A DNA stretch of 64,000 bases, taken from NCBI RefSeq assembly GCF_045037415.1, contig NZ_CP173438.1; one strand, written 5' to 3'. The position numbers were made by a program, and so were the translations under genes. This document shows positions 57,498 through 64,000 of the stretch, piece after piece. Below the pieces are notes generated by a model. It saw only the letters and a list, made by a program, of their open reading frames with translations, was not told where the DNA came from and made no database searches. How positions within the stretch are numbered: position 1 is the first letter of the stretch; the number at the start of each line of letters is the position of its first letter. This DNA is from Escherichia coli (GTDB lineage: Bacteria; Pseudomonadota; Gammaproteobacteria; Enterobacterales; Enterobacteriaceae).

Positions 57498-57965
57498 ATG
57501 TCAGAACAAAACAACACCGAAATGACTTTCCAGATCCAACGTATTTATACCAAGGATATTTCTTTCGAAGCGCCGAACGCGCCGCACGTTTTCCAGAAAG
57601 ATTGGCAACCAGAAGTTAAACTTGATCTGGATACGGCATCTACTCAACTGGCAGATGACGTTTACGAAGTGGTACTGCGTGTTACCGTAACGGCCTCCCT
57701 GGGCGAAGAAACCGCGTTCCTGTGTGAAGTTCAGCAGGGCGGTATTTTCTCCATCGCGGGTATCGAAGGCACCCAGATGGCACATTGCCTGGGCGCATAC
57801 TGCCCGAACATTCTGTTCCCGTATGCTCGTGAGTGCATCACCAGCATGGTATCCCGCGGTACATTCCCGCAACTGAACCTTGCGCCGGTTAACTTCGATG
57901 CGCTGTTCATGAACTATTTGCAGCAGCAGGCTGGCGAAGGTACTGAAGAACATCAGGATGCCTGA
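57498..57965 (+). CDS. secB: Protein-export chaperone SecB
   Basis: From [29 protein letters not shown] gives 155 aa. Confidence 0.95.
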
Positions 57966-58984
57966 TGAACCAACGTAATGCTTCAATGACTGTGATCGGT
58001 GCCGGCTCGTACGGCACCGCTCTTGCCATCACCCTGGCAAGAAATGGCCACGAGGTTGTCCTCTGGGGCCATGACCCTGAACATATCGCAACGCTTGAAC
58101 GCGACCGCTGTAACGCCGCGTTTCTCCCCGATGTGCCTTTTCCCGATACGCTCCATCTTGAAAGCGATCTCGCCACTGCGCTGGCAGCCAGCCGTAATAT
58201 TCTCGTCGTCGTACCCAGCCATGTCTTTGGTGAAGTGCTGCGCCAGATTAAACCGCTGATGCGTCCTGATGCGCGTCTGGTGTGGGCAACCAAAGGGCTG
58301 GAAGCAGAAACCGGACGTCTGTTACAGGACGTGGCGCGTGAGGCCTTAGGCGATCAAATTCCGCTGGCGGTTATCTCTGGCCCAACGTTTGCGAAAGAAC
58401 TGGCGGCAGGTTTACCGACGGCCATTTCGCTGGCCTCGACGGACCAGACCTTTGCCGATGACCTCCAGCAATTGCTGCACTGTGGCAAAAGTTTCCGCGT
58501 TTACAGCAACCCGGATTTCATCGGTGTGCAGCTTGGCGGCGCGGTGAAAAACGTCATTGCCATTGGCGCGGGGATGTCCGACGGTATCGGTTTTGGTGCG
58601 AATGCGCGTACGGCGCTGATCACTCGTGGGCTGGCTGAGATGTCGCGTCTTGGCGCGGCGCTGGGTGCCGATCCTGCCACCTTTATGGGCATGGCGGGGC
58701 TGGGCGATCTGGTGCTTACCTGTACCGACAACCAGTCGCGTAACCGCCGTTTTGGCATGATGCTCGGTCAGGGCATGGATGTACAAAGCGCGCAGGAGAA
58801 AATTGGTCAAGTGGTGGAAGGCTACCGCAATACGAAAGAAGTCCGCGAACTGGCGCATCGCTTCGGCGTTGAAATGCCAATAACCGAGGAAATTTATCAA
58901 GTATTATATTGCGGAAAAAACGCGCGCGAGGCAGCATTGACTTTACTAGGTCGTGCACGCAAGGACGAGCGCAGCAGCCACTAA
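57965..58984 (+). CDS. gpsA: Glycerol-3-phosphate dehydrogenase [NAD(P)+]
   Basis: 339-aa [34 protein letters not shown]; overlaps the secB stop. Confidence 0.95.
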   Translation: MNQRNASMTVIGAGSYGTALAITLARNGHEVVLWGHDPEHIATLERDRCNAAFLPDVPFPDTLHLESDLATALAASRNILVVVPSHVFGEVLRQIKPLMRPDARLVWATKGLEAETGRLLQDVAREALGDQIPLAVISGPTFAKELAAGLPTAISLASTDQTFADDLQQLLHCGKSFRVYSNPDFIGVQLGGAVKNVIAIGAGMSDGIGFGANARTALITRGLAEMSRLGAALGADPATFMGMAGLGDLVLTCTDNQSRNRRFGMMLGQGMDVQSAQEKIGQVVEGYRNTKEVRELAHRFGVEMPITEEIYQVLYCGKNAREAALTLLGRARKDERSSH

Positions 58985-59063
58985 ACCCAGGGAACCTTTG
59001 TTACCACTATGACCCGGCCCGCGCAGAACGGGTCGGTCATTATCTCATCGTGTGGAGTAAGCA

Positions 59064-59885
59064 ATGTCGTGTGAAGAACTGGAAATTGTCTGGAACAATA
59101 TTAAAGCTGAAGCCAGAACGCTGGCGGACTGTGAGCCAATGCTGGCCAGTTTTTACCACGCGACGCTACTCAAGCACGAAAACCTTGGCAGTGCACTGAG
59201 CTACATGCTGGCGAACAAGCTGTCATCGCCCATTATGCCGGCTATTGCTATCCGTGAAGTGGTGGAAGAAGCCTACGCCGCCGACCCGGAAATGATCGCC
59301 TCTGCGGCCTGTGATATTCAGGCGGTGCGTACCCGTGACCCGGCGGTGGATAAATACTCAACCCCGTTGCTATACCTGAAGGGTTTTCATGCTTTGCAGG
59401 CGTATCGCATCGGTCACTGGTTGTGGAATCAGGGGCGTCGCGCACTGGCTATTTTTCTGCAAAACCAGGTTTCTGTGACGTTCCAGGTTGATATTCACCC
59501 GGCAGCAAAAATTGGTCGCGGTATCATGCTCGACCACGCGACAGGCATCGTCGTTGGTGAAACGGCGGTGATTGAAAACGACGTATCGATTCTGCAATCT
59601 GTGACGCTTGGCGGTACGGGTAAATCTGGTGGCGACCGTCACCCGAAAATTCGTGAAGGTGTGATGATTGGCGCGGGCGCGAAAATTCTCGGCAATATTG
59701 AAGTTGGGCGCGGCGCGAAGATTGGCGCAGGTTCCGTGGTGCTGCAACCGGTGCCGCCGCACACTACTGCCGCTGGCGTTCCGGCACGCATTGTCGGCAA
59801 GCCGGATAGCGATAAACCGTCAATGGATATGGATCAGCATTTCAACGGCATTAACCATACGTTTGAGTATGGTGATGGGATCTGA
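59064..59885 (+). CDS. cysE: Serine O-acetyltransferase
   Basis: 273-aa ORF MSCEELEIVWNNIKAEARTLADCEPMLASFYHATLLKHENLGSAL with hexapeptide repeats. Confidence 0.95.
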   Translation: MSCEELEIVWNNIKAEARTLADCEPMLASFYHATLLKHENLGSALSYMLANKLSSPIMPAIAIREVVEEAYAADPEMIASAACDIQAVRTRDPAVDKYSTPLLYLKGFHALQAYRIGHWLWNQGRRALAIFLQNQVSVTFQVDIHPAAKIGRGIMLDHATGIVVGETAVIENDVSILQSVTLGGTGKSGGDRHPKIREGVMIGAGAKILGNIEVGRGAKIGAGSVVLQPVPPHTTAAGVPARIVGKPDSDKPSMDMDQHFNGINHTFEYGDGI

Positions 59886-59898
59886 TGTCCTGTGATCG

Positions 59899-59933
59899 TG
59901 CCGGATGCGATGTAATCATCTATCCGGCCTACA
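59899..59933. repeat. REP-like palindromic unit between convergent cysE and trmL
   Basis: TGCCGGATGCGATGTAATCATCTATCCGGCCTACA: GCCGGATG...ATCCGGCCTAC imperfect palindrome resembling REP consensus, read from the sequence. Confidence 0.4.
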
Positions 59934-59937
59934 GTAA

Positions 59938-60411
59938 CTAATCTCTCAATACCGCTCCCGGATACCCCAACTGCCGCCAGGCTTCATACACCACGACCGA
60001 CACCGCATTGGACAGGTTCATGCTGCGGCTGTCCGGCACCATTGGAATACGAATTTTTTGTTCAGCGGGCAGGGCATCAAGAATGCTCGCTGGCAGGCCG
60101 CGTGTTTCCGGGCCGAACATCAGATAATCGCCATCCTGATAGCTTACGGCGCTGTGAGCAGGCGTACCTTTCGTGGTGAGGGCAAACAGACGCTGGGGAT
60201 TTTCTGCTTCGAGAAACGCGCGATAGTCATGATGACGCGTAACGGCGGTAAACTCGTGATAGTCCAGCCCCGCGCGGCGCAGGCGCTTATCGTCCCAGGC
60301 AAATCCCATCGGTTCGATGATATGCAGACGAAAGCCGGTATTAGCGCAAAGACGGATGATGTTGCCAGTATTTGGCGGAATTTCTGGTTCGTAAAGTACG
60401 ATGTTTAGCAT
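59938..60411 (-). CDS. trmL: tRNA (Cm34/cmnm5Um34) 2'-O-methyltransferase
   Basis: 157-aa [42 protein letters not shown] family. Confidence 0.93.
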   Translation of the reverse strand: MLNIVLYEPEIPPNTGNIIRLCANTGFRLHIIEPMGFAWDDKRLRRAGLDYHEFTAVTRHHDYRAFLEAENPQRLFALTTKGTPAHSAVSYQDGDYLMFGPETRGLPASILDALPAEQKIRIPMVPDSRSMNLSNAVSVVVYEAWRQLGYPGAVLRD

Positions 60412-60458
60412 ACTGCCCCCTTAGTGCGGGGGCAGGATAGCAGATATTCGTCTAACCC

Positions 60459-61649
60459 TTAAGCTGCATTCCCTTTCGCCATCGGAGCCAATGCCGCCGG
60501 CAACTCTTTACCCAGCCCCTGCACCAGCGAATCTTGCGTAATTTCGCTAATCGATTTCGCGCCAGTCAGCGTCATTGCCACTTTCATCTCTTTTTCGATC
60601 AGATTTAGCAGGTTAGCTACACCCGCCTGGCCCGCTGTTGCCAGCGCATACAGGAAAGCACGACCCAGCAGTACGGTGTCGGCACCGAGCGCAATCATAC
60701 GCACGACATCAAGCCCGTTACGTATTCCGCTATCTGCCAGAATGGCGATATCACCTTTCACGGCATCTGCAATAGCAGGCAGTGCACGGGCAGAAGAGAG
60801 CACACCGTCCAGCTGGCGGCCACCGTGGTTAGAAACCACAATTCCATCAGCACCAAAACGTACTGCATCGCGCGCATCTTCTGGGTCGAGGATCCCTTTG
60901 ATCACCATCGGGCCATCCCAGAAATCGCGGATCCACTCAAGGTCTTTCCATGAGATGGACGGATCGAAGTTATTCCCCAGCCAGCCGATGTAATCTTCCA
61001 GTCCGGTCGGTTTGCCGAGGTAAGCCGAGATATTACCTAAATCATGCGGACGACCGTTCAGGCCCACATCCCACGCCCATTGCGGATGCGTCACCGCCTG
61101 CAAATAGCGGCGCATTGCCGCGTTCGGGCCGCTCATCCCAGAATGCGCATCACGATAACGCGCTCCCGGTGTCGGCATATCCACGGTGAAAACCAGCGTC
61201 GAACAACCCGCGGCTTTTGCTCGCTCCAGTGCGTTACGCATAAAGCCGCGATCGCGCAGCACATAAAGCTGGAACCACATCGGACGTTTGATAGCTGGAG
61301 CGACTTCTTCAATCGGGCAAACGGAAACCGTCGAGAGAGTAAACGGAATGCCATGCGCATCCGCGGCTTTGGCAGCCTGAACTTCGCCGCGTCGCGCATA
61401 CATGCCACACAAACCTACCGGACCTAGCGCCACCGGCATCGACAATTTCTCATTAAACAGCGTCGTTTCCAGGCTTAAGTCAGACATGTTTTTCAGAATA
61501 CGCTGGCGCAGCGCCACTTCTGACAAATCTTCCACGTTGCGGCGTAGGGTGTATTCAGAATATGCCCCCCCATCCATATAGTGAAACAGGAACGGCGGCA
61601 GAATGCGTTGCGCTGCGGCGCGATAATCGCTGGCTGCGGAAATAATCAT
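60459..61649 (-). CDS. lldD: L-lactate dehydrogenase (FMN-dependent)
   Basis: 396-aa [37 protein letters not shown]. Confidence 0.95.
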
Positions 61650-62422
61650 GCGTTTTTCTCCCTCGAATGCTCATTATGGTCACCAGGCAGGCGGGTAATT
61701 CGTGCATGGCGAGCCTGATCTTCATCGAATCGTTTCATGGTGGTGTGAACAAAGCTAAGGTGCGCCATCATTGCTTTACGCGCCCCGTCAGCATCACCGA
61801 CAAAAATGGCGTCAATGACCGCCTGATGTTGTTCGGTCAGCTGAGAAAAAACCGGGGGTACCAGGTACATCCGCTGGCGGCTATGCTTCACAGAGGATTG
61901 CAGGACATCGAAGAAACCGCGCATGGTTTGCAGCAACACAATGTTATGTGAAGCTTCGGCAATCGCCAGATGAAAACGAACGTCCGCTTGTGAGGCGAGA
62001 TCCGGGTCTTCACTTAGCGTTGCTTCAAAGCAAAGCTGAATCTTTTCTTTTTCGCCAGGTGTGGCGCGCATTGCTGCATGCCATGCGGTGCTGGCTTCAA
62101 TGGCGTAGCGGGCTTCCAGAATATCGAAACTGTAATCCGGATCATCGGCCATCAGCGTTTTCAGCGGCTGGACGATGTTTTGCTCCGACCATGTGTCATG
62201 ACGCCAGCGAATAAACGTCCCGCCGCCACGTCGACTGAGCAGCACACCTTCGCTTACCAGTTTCGCCAGCGCCTCGCGCAGTGAATTTCTCGACACGCCG
62301 AGTTGCATCGCCAGTTGACGTTCAGCGGGCAACTTCATGCCCGCTTCCAGGTTTTTTTCATCAATCAGCGCCCGCACACGATCGGCAACCTCGTCTGACA
62401 GGCGTCTGGGTAAAACAATCAT
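61646..62422 (-). CDS. lldR: GntR-family transcriptional regulator of the lld operon
   Basis: From [26 protein letters not shown] gives 258 aa; overlaps lldD and lldP by 4 nt and 1 nt. Confidence 0.92.
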
Positions 62423-64000
62423 TAAGGAATCATCCACGTTAAGACATAGGCCTGAAGCGTGGTGATCACGCCCACCATACAGGTGAAGATCAGGCTGTGT
62501 TTGACAGTAAAGCGGAACAAATCAGACTCTTTGCCCACCAGGCCTACCGCCGCACAGGCGATAGCGATAGATTGCGGAGAGATCATTTTGCCGGTGACAC
62601 CACCGGTGGTGTTGGCAGCAACCAGCAACAGGTCAGAAACGCCAATTTGTTGTGCGGCGGTAGCCTGCAAAGCGGCAAACAAAGCATTAGATGACGTATC
62701 CGACCCGGTCAGGAATACCCCAAGCCAGCCGAGGAACGGCGAGAAGAAGGTGAATGCATGACCGGTGTGCGCCAGTGCCAGCGCCAGTGTTGATGACAAA
62801 CCGGAATAGTTCGAGATAAAGGCGAACGCCAGCACCATGCCGATGGAGTAGATAGGCAGAGCCAGTTCTTTCAGCGTGCTGCCGAAGGTGCTGATAGCGT
62901 CAGATGGTTTCATCTTCAGCCAGACAATCGAGAGCAGGGCAGCAAACAGAATGGCGGTACCGGTGGCAGAGAACCAGTCGAACTTAAACACGGCGGCATA
63001 CGCTGTCGCTTCGCTGACCACTGGCGGCATACGGGCAACCAGTTTATCGAGGTACGGCACCGGAATGTTGATCACCCACTCATACAGCGCACCGCCTGAA
63101 GTGAACAGGGCTTTAAACGGCGGGATACTCCACAGTGTTACGGTGGCGGTCAGGAACAGGAACGGTGTCCAGGCGCGCAGCACCTGACCTGCCGTGTAAC
63201 CTGTGTGAGCCAGCGTCATATCAACCTGTGACGCCCCTAAGTCACCGAAGCGGAATACGCGCACGGGTTGCCAGCGTTTGAGGAACAGTGTCAGACAGAG
63301 CAGCGATACCAGCGAAGAGATAATGTCTGGCAGTTCCGGCCCAATAAAGTTAGAGCTGAGGTATTGAGCGATGGCAAACGACCCGCCCGCAACCACGACC
63401 GCAGGCCAGGTTTCTTTGATACCGCGCCAGCCGTCCATAATCGCCATGATCCAGAACAGCACGATAATGGTCATAAACGGCAGCTGACGCCCCACCATCT
63501 GACCAATCTCAAAGCTGTCGATGCCTGTTACCTGCCCGGCGACCAGAATCGGAATACCCATCGCACCAAATGCCACTGGCGCGGTGTTAACAATCAGGCA
63601 CAGCCCGGCGGCGTACAGCGGTTTAAAGCCCAGGCCGACCAGCAATGCGGCGGTAATTGCTACCGGTGCGCCAAAGCCTGCGGCTCCTTCAAGGAAAGCG
63701 CCGAAACAGAAACCGACGATCAGCATTTGCAGGCGCTGGTCAGGGGTTATCGAAAGAATAGACGAGCGGATGATGTCAAACTGCCCGGTTTTCACCGAGA
63801 TCTTATAGACGAACACCGCTGCAATAATGATCCACGCGATGGGCCACAACCCGTAGAAGAAGCCATAAACCACCGAGGCCAGCGCGTTAGCGACCGGCAT
63901 TTTATAGAACAGCAAAGCCACGGCAAGGGCGATTGCCACCGTCCATGAGGCGGCGACGTATCCTTTCAGTTTGAGCTTAATCAGCGCAAAGAAGAAAAAC
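62422..64000 (-). CDS. lldP: L-lactate permease, C-terminal ~525 codons; 5' end lies beyond the right edge of the window
   Basis: ORF open to the window end; C-terminus ...[11 protein letters not shown] matches LldP; full length is about 551 aa, so about 26 codons are missing. Confidence 0.9.
   Translation of the reverse strand, partial: FFFFALIKLKLKGYVAASWTVAIALAVALLFYKMPVANALASVVYGFFYGLWPIAWIIIAAVFVYKISVKTGQFDIIRSSILSITPDQRLQMLIVGFCFGAFLEGAAGFGAPVAITAALLVGLGFKPLYAAGLCLIVNTAPVAFGAMGIPILVAGQVTGIDSFEIGQMVGRQLPFMTIIVLFWIMAIMDGWRGIKETWPAVVVAGGSFAIAQYLSSNFIGPELPDIISSLVSLLCLTLFLKRWQPVRVFRFGDLGASQVDMTLAHTGYTAGQVLRAWTPFLFLTATVTLWSIPPFKALFTSGGALYEWVINIPVPYLDKLVARMPPVVSEATAYAAVFKFDWFSATGTAILFAALLSIVWLKMKPSDAISTFGSTLKELALPIYSIGMVLAFAFISNYSGLSSTLALALAHTGHAFTFFSPFLGWLGVFLTGSDTSSNALFAALQATAAQQIGVSDLLLVAANTTGGVTGKMISPQSIAIACAAVGLVGKESDLFRFTVKHSLIFTCMVGVITTLQAYVLTWMIP

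Overview
This window reads as an Escherichia coli chromosomal segment running from the tRNA-Sec gene selC to lldP, almost all of it conserved core genome. Gene identities rest on the translated ORFs and on recalled E. coli protein sequences and lengths; no search was run. Order: a partial P4-type integrase at the left edge, selC, yicJ-yicI, a ~7 kb accessory sugar island (PRD-type regulator, fructose-family PTS IIA/IIB/IIC, two class II aldolase paralogues, ROK kinase, cupin isomerase), yicH, xanP, gltS, recG-trmH-spoT-rpoZ, gmk, ligB, yicG, yicC, rph (frameshifted), pyrE, slmA, dut, coaBC, radC, rpmB-rpmG, mutM, coaD, waaA, the complete K-12-type LPS core cluster (waaQGPSBOJYZU, waaL, waaC, waaF, hldD), kbl-tdh, waaH, yibQ, envC, gpmM, yibN, grxC, secB, gpsA, cysE, trmL, lldD, lldR and partial lldP. 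I found no CRISPR array, IS element or recognisable defence or toxin-antitoxin module. The most plausible candidate for something uncharacterised is the sugar island between yicI and yicH, whose substrate is unknown. Other points worth a second look are the selC-adjacent integrase (an island lying mostly left of the window), a +1 frameshift in rph at a site different from the K-12 rph-1 allele, and the apparent absence of dinD and htrL relative to my memory of K-12 gene order.
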